This document shows, in pieces, positions 52,909 through 62,281 of a DNA stretch of 64,000 bases (position 1 is its first letter; each line of letters starts with the position of its first letter). Below the pieces are notes generated by a model. The model did not search any database. It was not told the origin of the DNA and worked only from the letters and a program-made list of their open reading frames with translations. The stretch spans positions 1,312,001 through 1,376,000 of the forward strand of contig CBDHHL010000032.1 of the NCBI GenBank assembly GCA_965263355.1. Direction: 5' to 3'. The translations under genes and the position numbers were made by a program. Source of the DNA: Leptolyngbyaceae cyanobacterium (GTDB taxonomy: Bacteria > Cyanobacteriota > Cyanobacteriia > Phormidesmidales > Phormidesmidaceae).

Positions 52909-53748
52909 ATGCTGGCAAATCTGTTGGCGGTGGTAGTTGGGTTAGGAAGTCTAGGATTTTATCTGGCAGCCTTTATTTTGCCAGAAGTGCATCGGCGATC
53001 GGACTTTTTCTGGAGCGGTGTCGGTATGTTTTATGCCGTGGTACTGTGGTACTGTGCTCGGCAAATGAATGGTGCGGTACTGCTGGGGCAAACGGCTTCG
53101 GTTGGTTTATTACTGTGGTTTGGGTACCAAACCCTGCTAATGCGTCGTGAAACCACACCGCCAAACCAGCAAACCCCAATTCGATTTGGCAAGACTGATA
53201 ATAATCGTCTCCATGGCGGTGCAAGCCGTCCCATCGCCAAAGACTATGAATTTGTAGAAGATGGAGTAGAAGATATTATCGCTCAGGAACCGGCCCCTGA
53301 CAGCCCCATCTTGCTCAAGCCAACGGCAGATGATTTTGCCCCCACAATGGTAGTTCCTGCAGCAATGCCTAAGCCTAGCATTGAGGAAGCCCCTCCAGAA
53401 GAATCCCAGCCAACCATAGAAACATCCGCTGACAAAGCTACCCAAAAGAGAGAAAAGCCAAATCCCATCGCAGCTGTTGGCATTTTTGCAGGGTGGCTTA
53501 CGGAAATTGTCACTCCCAAAAAGAAAGCCCCTAAACCGATGATTGAGTTGCCTTCGAGGCCACCGTCTATTCCTAAATCAGATCAGCCCTCTAACAACAA
53601 TAATCCATCAACAATAAAACCAACCAGAGCAGAACAATTTGAGCCCGACTTAACATCAAGCAATGATGAGTCATCATTGCCACTCACACCTCAGCAACAA
53701 GATAACGATGAGGACAGCAACTGGCCTGATGAGGACTTTTGGGACTAA
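52909..53748 (+). CDS. ycf66: Ycf66 family protein
   Basis: PEVHRRSDFFWSGVGMFYA..L...GAVLLGQ N-domain and a Pro/acidic tail. Confidence 0.75.
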   Translation: MLANLLAVVVGLGSLGFYLAAFILPEVHRRSDFFWSGVGMFYAVVLWYCARQMNGAVLLGQTASVGLLLWFGYQTLLMRRETTPPNQQTPIRFGKTDNNRLHGGASRPIAKDYEFVEDGVEDIIAQEPAPDSPILLKPTADDFAPTMVVPAAMPKPSIEEAPPEESQPTIETSADKATQKREKPNPIAAVGIFAGWLTEIVTPKKKAPKPMIELPSRPPSIPKSDQPSNNNNPSTIKPTRAEQFEPDLTSSNDESSLPLTPQQQDNDEDSNWPDEDFWD

Positions 53749-54053
53749 AAATCTCCTCAGAAACTGAAGACAACAACAGGCATGGAATTTGCATAGAAAT
53801 ATAGGAAATTTAAGGAAACAGAATAAAACTCTCTTAGCGCCTTAAATCATGTATCTTCAGAACGCTCAAATTGCGTGAAATCATGTAGATCGACTTAATT
53901 TTTTCCATACTTAGAACAGTCGCAAAGTATGAACAGTTATAGAAAATACGCAAATTTGCGTAATTCTTGTTGGAACCACTTAAAGATAGCTATTCATCGT
54001 GTTTTATGACTTATAGTCTAAATGTTTATAATAGCATTGCTTAACAGGCCCAA

Positions 54054-55247
54054 TTGAAGACGATAGAAGTCATGAGAGCTGAAGTTGCCCCATCGAACGT
54101 ATTTGTTTACGAACTGGATAAAAAGATTCAGTATGCTAAACATGAGCAACTGACTGGCATTCTAGCGATCAAAAGTGACATTATTCACCAGTGGCGCTTA
54201 TATTTTTTAGCCGGACAACTGGTATGGGCAAATACGAACTTTCATCCAAAACGTCGTTGGTATCGCCAGCTATTGCAACATCGAGCTGATTTGCGTAAGC
54301 ATGGTCTAAGTACAGATCCCGCTGACTGGACGTATCATCGACTGGCACGGTTAGTTATCTGTAAAAAAGTCAATCGGCAACTCTTCTCGGATATTGTAGC
54401 TGGGTGCATTTCAGAGGTTTTGTTTGATCTCCAACAGCAGGTAACGCTAAATTGCCAACAAACCAGGAAAGGCTTGACTTATCATATTAAGGCTCAAAAA
54501 GCCTGTGAGTCTTCCTGTATAAATCTGCAAAATATTGGTCTGTGGGTTCAGGCTAAGCGTGAATGGCACGCATGGAAAGAAGTCGGGTTCACCCAGATAA
54601 GCCCTGCCGATGCTTTGGTAATCAAGGATTTGGCAACTCTCGAAGATCTGGCACCGCCAAGGCTCTTCAAGTTTTTGAGTGGGTTAGCCGATGGTCGCCA
54701 AACCCTGAGAGATTTAGCCCTGAAGGCCAATCAACCCCTGATACCATTTGTGCAATCACTTTTGCCACACATCCACAATCAGGCATTGAAGCTAAAATCT
54801 GTAGACGACAAAATCACTAAGTCGGTCATTTCAACTCCAGATAACATTTCTGTTAAGCTAGCCCAAACTAAGATTCCGAAGGATGCCAGGATTGTTTATG
54901 TTGACAACAATTTGGCCGATAGTCAGAAAATGGCAACCATTATTAAATCGGCAGGCTATCGCTACACCAATATTGCCGATCCGCTTGAGGTGCTAAAAAA
55001 GCTGGTTAAGCTCAAGCCAAAGGCGATTTTTTTGAACTTAATGATGCCTGTAGTAAACGGCTATGAGCTGTGCGCTCAAATTCGACGCATATCAGACTTT
55101 AAAGAGACGCCTATCGTGATGGTGGCTGATGGACATAGTATTACTGACAGGGTGCGCGCCAAGATGGTTGGAGCATCAGAGGTTTTGAGTAAGCCTATTA
55201 AGCCGAAGAATGTACTCAAGACTTTAATTATGCTTGAAATGATTTGA
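54054..55247 (+). CDS. PatA-family response regulator (PATAN + receiver)
   Basis: WRLYFLAGQLVWA...HPKRRWYR PATAN motif; C-terminal receiver MPVVNGYELCAQIRR. Confidence 0.8.
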   Translation: MKTIEVMRAEVAPSNVFVYELDKKIQYAKHEQLTGILAIKSDIIHQWRLYFLAGQLVWANTNFHPKRRWYRQLLQHRADLRKHGLSTDPADWTYHRLARLVICKKVNRQLFSDIVAGCISEVLFDLQQQVTLNCQQTRKGLTYHIKAQKACESSCINLQNIGLWVQAKREWHAWKEVGFTQISPADALVIKDLATLEDLAPPRLFKFLSGLADGRQTLRDLALKANQPLIPFVQSLLPHIHNQALKLKSVDDKITKSVISTPDNISVKLAQTKIPKDARIVYVDNNLADSQKMATIIKSAGYRYTNIADPLEVLKKLVKLKPKAIFLNLMMPVVNGYELCAQIRRISDFKETPIVMVADGHSITDRVRAKMVGASEVLSKPIKPKNVLKTLIMLEMI

Positions 55248-55384
55248 CAAGAGTCAATGCATGAGATCTCTCCAAAGATCCGTCAGCTCAACTAACAGGA
55301 TATCGGGCAAAAATTTAGTTTACCCTTTTACCTTAGAGATAGTTAGGAATTAACTAGCTTCATTCTGTTCCATATGTGTACTTC

Positions 55385-55658
55385 CTAAGGCTGTGCTTGA
55401 AGTATAAAAAGGTTACGAACGGTTCGGTTTACAAAACTCAGATAATCGTCAATCTCTTCATAGCTATCCAACTCATGTTCCTCGTCCTGATTAAGTGGAG
55501 TTTCCTTTTGCTTAAACAAAAGCTCTTCAATGCGAGTTTGAACGTTACTAGATACACGAAAAATAGGGATGCCTTCCTCTAGTTCAATACGAACTGCTCC
55601 GTCAATAGGCAAAGTCCCCTGGTAGGCTATGTAATTTTGGCAAAACAGGCAGTGTCAT
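55385..55658 (-). pseudogene. Small conserved cyanobacterial protein, frameshifted near its 5' end
   Basis: ATG 55658 encodes MTLPVLPKLHSLPG; one extra G in a G4 run precedes TLPIDGAVRIELEEGIPIFR. Confidence 0.55.
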
Positions 55659-55813
55659 GGCTATATCTTAAATAGCTTTGATAAATTATAGCGCTGGCAT
55701 TCAAGCCCAGTCGCCTAAATACATTTGCCTATCCTTAAAAAAATTGCTCCATGCCCAACTTCTAAGGCAGAATGACGAGAGCGTAATCAATTCCCTTAGT
55801 TTTTTCCTGCACC

Positions 55814-58729
55814 GTGACTGATCCCAAAAGCGCCGACGCTAAGAGCTATAAGGACACTGTTCTACTGCCCAAGACCGACTTTAGTATGCGGGCCAACGCC
55901 GTTAAGCGCGAGCCAGAGCTGCAGGCATTTTGGGATGACAGCAAAATTTATCAAACCCTGTCCCAGGAAAATTCAGGGGAGGTGTTTGTGCTCCACGATG
56001 GGCCGCCCTATGCCAATGGCAACCTCCACATGGGCCATGCCCTGAATAAGGTGCTGAAGGATATTATCAATAAGTATCAGCTATTGCGCGATCGCAAAGT
56101 CCGCTACGTCCCCGGTTGGGATTGCCACGGCCTACCCATCGAACTAAAAGTACTGCAAACCATTGACCGCAAAGAGCGTGCTAACCTCTCCCCGCTAGAA
56201 CTACGCCAAAAAGCCAAGGAATTTGCCCTAGAAACCGTCGAAAAACAAGCAAAGGGCTTCCGTCGCTTTGGCGTCTGGGGCGACTGGGAACACCCCTACA
56301 TGACCCTGCAGCCAGAATACGAAGCCGCTCAGCTCGACGTCTTTGGCCAGATGGTACATAAGGGTTACATCTACCGAGGGCTAAAGTCCGTCCACTGGAG
56401 TCCATCGTCTCAAACCGCCCTGGCCGAAGCTGAACTGGAATATCCCGAAGGTCACACCTCTCCCAGTATCTACGTGGGCTTCCCCATGGTGAGTGCATCA
56501 GACAGTGCCAAGGATGCCTTAGCCCCTTATATGGATAACCTGGGCGTCGCTATCTGGACCACTACGCCCTGGACCATTCCTGCCAATGTGGCCGTTGCCG
56601 TCAACTCAGAACTGACCTACACCGTTGTTGAGGTGGCTTCCGGGGCTCCTTACCAGTATCTAATCGTCGGTAAGGACCTGATTGAAACCCTGGCCAATAC
56701 CTTTGACGCCGAACTGACCGCCAAGGTAGACATCAAAGGTGCAGACCTGGCTGGGTCCACCTACCATCACCCGCTCCACAGCAAAGAAGACACCTTTAAT
56801 CGAGAGAGCCCCATTGTGATTGGTGGCGACTATATCACGACTGAATCCGGTACCGGCCTAGTGCACACAGCCCCCGGTCACGGGATGGAAGACTTTGGCG
56901 TTGGGCAGAAATATGGCCTACCGATCCTTTGTCCCGTAGATGAGCGCGGGACGTACACCGCTGAAGCAGGCAGCTTTGAAGGATTAAACGTTCTAAAAAC
57001 TGCAAACGAAGAACTGATCAATGCCCTGACTGAGTCGAATACGCTGCTCAAGCATGAACCTTATGTCCACAAGTATCCCTACGACTGGCGCACCAAAAAA
57101 CCCACCATCTTTCGGGCGACCGAGCAATGGTTTGCCTCGGTAGAAGGGTTCCGAGACGACGCCCTAAAGGCAATCTCCGATGTGCAGTGGATTCCAGCCC
57201 AGGGTGAAAACCGCATCACTCCCATGGTGGGCGACCGGTCTGACTGGTGTATCTCTCGTCAGCGCAACTGGGGTGTGCCCATTCCAGCCTTCTACGATGA
57301 AGAGACTGGTGAGGTACTAATGAACCAGGAAACCATCGCCCATGTGCGAGAGATTTTCGCTGAGCATGGGTCCGATGCCTGGTGGAGTATGTCTGTTGAA
57401 GAGTTGTTGCCTGAACGTTATCGCAACGACGGGCAAACCTATAAGCGCGGTTTCGACACCATGGATGTGTGGTTTGATTCCGGGTCTTCCTGGGCGGCGG
57501 TGGCTGACCAGCGAGACGCGTTGAAGTATCCGGTGGATCTGTACCTGGAAGGGTCTGACCAGCACCGGGGTTGGTTCCAATCTAGTCTGTTAACTAGCGT
57601 CGCCACCCATGGCTATGCGCCCTACAAAACCGTTCTCACCCATGGGTTTGCCCTGGATGAAAAAGGTCGCAAGATGAGTAAGTCCATCGGTAATGTGGTA
57701 GACCCCTACGAGATTATTGAAGGGGGCAAAAACAAAAAGCAAGATCCGCCCTACGGTGCCGATGTACTACGTTTGTGGGTCTCTTCAGTAGATTATTCGT
57801 CTGATGTTCCCATTGGTAAGACTATTCTCAAACAGCTGGCAGATATCTACCGCAAGATTCGTAATACGGCGCGATTTTTGTTAGGGAACTTGCATGACTA
57901 TGATCCAGACAAGGATGCGGTGCCCTACGATCAGCTACCTTCCCTCGACCAATACATGCTACACCGCATGACAGAGATTTTTGCGGAGGTGGAATCTGCC
58001 TTTGATACCTACCAGTTCTTCAAGTTTTTCCAGACGGTGCAAAACTTTTGTGTGGTGGATCTCTCCAACTTCTATTTGGATATTGCCAAAGATCGTTTGT
58101 ACATCAGCGATGCAGCGTCTTTACGACGGCGCAGTTGCCAAACTGTTCTGGCAGTTGCTCTGGAGAATTTAGCCAAGTCTGTTGCTCCGGTGTTATGCCA
58201 TATGGCCGAGGATATCTGGCAGTTTATGCCCTATGAAACTGGCACCAACTCTGTTTTTGCAGCGGGTTGGGTAACGATTGATCCTCAATGGAAAAAGCCA
58301 GAACTGGCAGATACCTGGAACCAGTTGCGAGAGCTGCGGGATGAGGTGAACAAGGTACTGGAACAGGCGCGCTCTGCAAAAGAGATTGGTTCATCGTTAG
58401 AAGCCAAGGCTCTGATTTATATTGCTGATACCCAGCTCAAAGAACAATTAGCAGTGATGAACCCCAGTGATGCTGTGGCGGAGGGCTCCAGTCATGTGGA
58501 TGAGGCGCGATATCTCTTTTTAGTCTCTCAGGTGGAGATTTTGGACAGTGCAGATGGGCTAAAAGATATAAAGTATCGCAGTGAGTCCGATGCGTTTGGT
58601 ATCGGCATTGTAGATGCGGATGGGAAGAAGTGCGATCGCTGCTGGAACTACTCCACCCATGTAGGCGAATCAGCAGAGCATGAAACCATTTGCGAGCGTT
58701 GTGTAGATGCCTTAGCGGGCAAATTCTAA
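55814..58729 (+). CDS. ileS: Isoleucine--tRNA ligase
   Basis: HMGH, KMSKS, GSDQHRGWFQSS and C-terminal CDRC...CERC zinc finger. Confidence 0.98.
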   Translation: MTDPKSADAKSYKDTVLLPKTDFSMRANAVKREPELQAFWDDSKIYQTLSQENSGEVFVLHDGPPYANGNLHMGHALNKVLKDIINKYQLLRDRKVRYVPGWDCHGLPIELKVLQTIDRKERANLSPLELRQKAKEFALETVEKQAKGFRRFGVWGDWEHPYMTLQPEYEAAQLDVFGQMVHKGYIYRGLKSVHWSPSSQTALAEAELEYPEGHTSPSIYVGFPMVSASDSAKDALAPYMDNLGVAIWTTTPWTIPANVAVAVNSELTYTVVEVASGAPYQYLIVGKDLIETLANTFDAELTAKVDIKGADLAGSTYHHPLHSKEDTFNRESPIVIGGDYITTESGTGLVHTAPGHGMEDFGVGQKYGLPILCPVDERGTYTAEAGSFEGLNVLKTANEELINALTESNTLLKHEPYVHKYPYDWRTKKPTIFRATEQWFASVEGFRDDALKAISDVQWIPAQGENRITPMVGDRSDWCISRQRNWGVPIPAFYDEETGEVLMNQETIAHVREIFAEHGSDAWWSMSVEELLPERYRNDGQTYKRGFDTMDVWFDSGSSWAAVADQRDALKYPVDLYLEGSDQHRGWFQSSLLTSVATHGYAPYKTVLTHGFALDEKGRKMSKSIGNVVDPYEIIEGGKNKKQDPPYGADVLRLWVSSVDYSSDVPIGKTILKQLADIYRKIRNTARFLLGNLHDYDPDKDAVPYDQLPSLDQYMLHRMTEIFAEVESAFDTYQFFKFFQTVQNFCVVDLSNFYLDIAKDRLYISDAASLRRRSCQTVLAVALENLAKSVAPVLCHMAEDIWQFMPYETGTNSVFAAGWVTIDPQWKKPELADTWNQLRELRDEVNKVLEQARSAKEIGSSLEAKALIYIADTQLKEQLAVMNPSDAVAEGSSHVDEARYLFLVSQVEILDSADGLKDIKYRSESDAFGIGIVDADGKKCDRCWNYSTHVGESAEHETICERCVDALAGKF

Positions 58730-58772
58730 CCCTGAGCTAGGATCAGCCATAGTCCTGTCAACTTGACTGTAG

Positions 58773-59366
58773 ATGCCGTATAGCAAATTCAGCTTACAGA
58801 AAGTACAGCAAGAGTTTGGCCTCATTATCCATGAAGCCATCCATTTTTTACCACAATTGCCTACCGTCTCGCCGGATTCCCTATTAACTGCAACATTGGC
58901 AGATAGTCTTCCCTTAGCCCTGGCCCAGGGAAATGAGAAGGCACGTAGCGAATGGATTATTAATCCAATTTTGACGGCAGTACGGCGATTGGCCAATACC
59001 AAAGTCAGCGTATTCTCGGGCAAAGAGTTTAACGTTGATTCAGAGCGCGACCTGGTGGGTTATGTGGATTTTTTGATTGCCCGCTCCCCCAGGTTGCTAG
59101 TGTTAGAATCGCCTGTGGTGATGATGGTGGAGGCAAAGCCAGAAAATCTAAATGCAGGTTTAGGCCAGTGCTCTGCTGAAATGGTAGCCGCACAAATTTT
59201 TAATCAACAGCCGGAAAAAACAATTTATGGCTGTGTTACTAACGGTGAACTCTGGAAATTCCTTAAACTTCAGGGAACAGAGTTGACCATTGATTTAGAA
59301 GCCTATAGCCTGGAGCCGCTGGAACGCTTACTGGGTATCTTGATTTATTTAGCCTGTGAGGGCTAA
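58773..59366 (+). CDS. Conserved cyanobacterial PD-(D/E)XK-like hypothetical protein
   Basis: NEKARSE, G.VDF, VEAK, GQC.AEMVAA and YGCVTNG motifs. Confidence 0.75.
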   Translation: MPYSKFSLQKVQQEFGLIIHEAIHFLPQLPTVSPDSLLTATLADSLPLALAQGNEKARSEWIINPILTAVRRLANTKVSVFSGKEFNVDSERDLVGYVDFLIARSPRLLVLESPVVMMVEAKPENLNAGLGQCSAEMVAAQIFNQQPEKTIYGCVTNGELWKFLKLQGTELTIDLEAYSLEPLERLLGILIYLACEG

Positions 59367-59391
59367 CTATTTGCGACTGGAACTCTTCCAC

Positions 59392-59997
59392 TTACCAAAC
59401 TTGAGCCATAGGCAATGTAAAACCTGGTAGTTCTGGATCACCGCTAACAGCATCAGGATTTTCAAGTATCTGAGAAGCTTGATTAGGGCGATAAACATAA
59501 ACTGTATGATTCTTACGATCAATTAACCACCCCAGCGATACGCCATTATCCATATATTCCTGCATCTTGGTTTGCAGGCCAGTCAGAGTATCACTGGCCG
59601 ATCGTCGTTCAATGACAAAATCAGGCGAGATCGGGGCAAAGGATGCCTTTTCTTCTTCGGTCAAGGTATTCCAGCGTTCTAATTTAATCCAGGCTGCACC
59701 GGGTGAACGAGTTGCACCATTGGATAATGTAAACCCTGAGCTAGAGTCAAAACCTAACCCGGTAGCATCCTGTTGGGTCCATATCCAAAGAGAGGCGGCT
59801 AAATTAAAGTTACGGTTCCCAGTATCTGAAAATGCGGGTGGCATAATCACCACATCCCCTGTGGCTGTACGTTCAATGCATAAATCCCGATTGGCCTGAC
59901 AAAAGGCGTAAAATTCATCGCGGGTCATGGGAGCAGCCGTGGGTAGCGAAACGGTTAAGGGAGTTGTTTCCGTTTGGATGCGTAGGGTCGTTGTCAT
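59392..59997 (-). CDS. Uma2 family endonuclease with degenerate catalytic motifs
   Basis: FDSSSGF and LGWLID present; RSPG replaces RSPD and IERRS replaces VELRS relative to the paralog at 29377. Confidence 0.85.
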   Translation of the reverse strand: MTTTLRIQTETTPLTVSLPTAAPMTRDEFYAFCQANRDLCIERTATGDVVIMPPAFSDTGNRNFNLAASLWIWTQQDATGLGFDSSSGFTLSNGATRSPGAAWIKLERWNTLTEEEKASFAPISPDFVIERRSASDTLTGLQTKMQEYMDNGVSLGWLIDRKNHTVYVYRPNQASQILENPDAVSGDPELPGFTLPMAQVW

Positions 59998-60163
59998 TGC
60001 TATGGTCCCTTATGCCAAGCGATACCGTTGCTTAGATTCTAGCGTCTCCACAGGAGTGCCTTCAACACGAACAGCATAATGCTGATGCAGACGATTGGTA
60101 AAATAACTGGTTAGGGGCTAGCAGCCAAATAAAATACCAGCTTGAAAATATGCTTCAGACTTT

Positions 60164-60285
60164 CCTCACCTTAAGAAGGGGAGGTGCCGTAGGCGGAGGG
60201 GTTTTGACCGATAACGCTAACTGTCAATAACCCCCTGTAAGTCCCCCTAAGCCCTCTGGGCAGGCTTCGCCAACGTAAGGGGGAC
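60164..60285. repeat. Cyanobacterial small dispersed repeat cluster with a nested 25-bp insert
   Basis: ccttaagaagggg hairpin; gtccccc-taa-[25 bp]-taa-gggggac. Confidence 0.6.
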
Positions 60286-60420
60286 AGCAGATCTCAAACA
60301 TGTTTCAAAACGGTACATTATTTTCAGGCAGACGCCTTACAATACGATTTATCAAATATTGGTGTGCTAACCCCTACGAGATAATCTCCTTTAGGAGCAC
60401 TAACTACAACTGGTCGAACT

Positions 60421-61023
60421 GTGGATATTCAAATTCGTGAATCAACGTCTGACGATCTTGAGAAAATAATAGAATTACAGACTATTGCCCTAAAAACGTT
60501 ATCAGTCAGTTATAACGCGGCTCAGATTGCGTCTCTGATTCGCAGTCAAACCTCCTGGAGATATTCACAAGACGAGTTATCTGTCGTAGCAGAACAAAAC
60601 CGTCGTATTATCGGCGTTGCCTCTCTTCTTGTTCTACAAGAAAGGATCAGTGGCGTCTATGTTCATCCAGATTTTATGCGTCAGAACATAGGCTCTCAAC
60701 TGCTTAAGCATATAGAGGATATTGCCATTGAGAAAGAATGCAAAACCATTTATGTCACCTCATCATTAGACACCGTCGATTTTTATGAGGCTAATGATTA
60801 CAAAAGGATTCGTCCTTCAGGTTTTTATTCGGAACGACGAGTCTGGATACCGTGCATCAATTTAGAGAAACAACTGATTGATGCACCAAGATTTAAAAAA
60901 ATCTTGCAGTATATTGTTTCTCGACTAAGGCCAGTTTTGTTATTTATTGCAGTTACAGCTGTGGTAGCTTTCGTATTAATTACCGTACTCTATATATTCA
61001 GCGTGGTTTTCAATGTATTATAG
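60421..61023 (+). CDS. GNAT acetyltransferase with a C-terminal transmembrane helix
   Basis: VYVHPDFMRQNIGSQLL and FYEANDY motifs. Confidence 0.85.
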   Translation: MDIQIRESTSDDLEKIIELQTIALKTLSVSYNAAQIASLIRSQTSWRYSQDELSVVAEQNRRIIGVASLLVLQERISGVYVHPDFMRQNIGSQLLKHIEDIAIEKECKTIYVTSSLDTVDFYEANDYKRIRPSGFYSERRVWIPCINLEKQLIDAPRFKKILQYIVSRLRPVLLFIAVTAVVAFVLITVLYIFSVVFNVL

Positions 61024-61180
61024 ATAAACTCAGTATAAAAACGCTCTGATGGCTCAGGCCTTTTGGTTTTTATAACTTTTATAAGATTTTTGCGTCTAAA
61101 ATTTCGAATTTCTATGTTTAACCCCTGACCTATCAAGATAGACAGGCTATAGTAATGGCGAACTCTCCCATGCCCTATCA

Positions 61181-62281
61181 ATGCGTAAAGTTCTATTTCT
61201 TGCTTCTAATCCTAAGGATACGGGTCGTCTTCGATTAGACCAGGAACTGCGGGAAATTGATGAAGGGCTTAAACGAGCCAGTCGTCGGGATGACTTTCAA
61301 CTGGCTCAGCGGTTAGCTGTGCGCCCACGAGATTTTCAGCGGGCTATGCTAGATGAAACGCCACAGATTGTCCATTTTTCTGGCCATGGTGCAGGCGCAG
61401 ACGGTATTTGTGTGGAGGGGCCAACGGGTGAGGTTCAGTTAGTCACTGGTGAAGCTCTGGCAAATTTATTTGAGCTTTTTTCAGATAGTTTAGAGTGCGT
61501 GGTTTTGAATGGGTGTTATTCAGAACTACAGGCAGAAGAGATTAAGGCCCATGTTCCCTATGTGATTGGGATGAATCAGACGGTGGGAGATACGGCAGCC
61601 ATTGAGTTTGCTGTGGGGTTTTATGATGCCTTAGGTGCTGGGCAATCGGTTGAAAAGGCATTCAAATTTGGCTGTGTGGCGATGACCATGGCCGGTACTG
61701 GGGAGCAGCATAAGCCTATCTTACTCAAAGGTACTGCTATGGTTACAAAATCGACTCAAGCTGAAAGCAGTGCTTCTGGTCAAGTAAATTCAGTCGCTGA
61801 ATCGAAGCCAGAACCTGCGGTATCTATGAAAAAAGATGCTCTGGAAGTATTTTTCTCCTACGCCCATGAGGATGAAAAGTTGCGGGATAGGCTAGCCACG
61901 CATTTAAAACTATTGGAACGACAAAAGGTGATTTCGGCCTGGTATGACCGGGATATTACAGCTGGGGATGAGTGGAAAACAGAGCTTTTAGAGCAGTTGG
62001 AGCGGGCTGATATTATATTGTTGCTAATTAGCTCAGATTTTCTGGCTTCAGATTTTTGTTGGGGTGTGGAGCTAGAGCGGGCTATGAAACGACACACTGA
62101 AAAATCGACCTGTGTGATTCCGATTATTTTGCGGGATGTTGACTGGACAAGTGCACCTTTTGCCAAGTTGCAGGCGTTACCGAAAAATGCGGAGCCAGTA
62201 ACTAACTGGACAAACCAGGATCAGGCATTTACGGATATTGCTAAGGGCATTCGTAAAGTAGCTGAACGTCTAAAAAAGTAG
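61181..62281 (+). CDS. CHAT-domain plus TIR-domain protein
   Basis: HFSGHG and VVLNGC caspase-like dyad; TIR motifs VFFSYAHED...ISSDFLASDFC..VEL. Confidence 0.9.
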   Translation: MRKVLFLASNPKDTGRLRLDQELREIDEGLKRASRRDDFQLAQRLAVRPRDFQRAMLDETPQIVHFSGHGAGADGICVEGPTGEVQLVTGEALANLFELFSDSLECVVLNGCYSELQAEEIKAHVPYVIGMNQTVGDTAAIEFAVGFYDALGAGQSVEKAFKFGCVAMTMAGTGEQHKPILLKGTAMVTKSTQAESSASGQVNSVAESKPEPAVSMKKDALEVFFSYAHEDEKLRDRLATHLKLLERQKVISAWYDRDITAGDEWKTELLEQLERADIILLLISSDFLASDFCWGVELERAMKRHTEKSTCVIPIILRDVDWTSAPFAKLQALPKNAEPVTNWTNQDQAFTDIAKGIRKVAERLKK

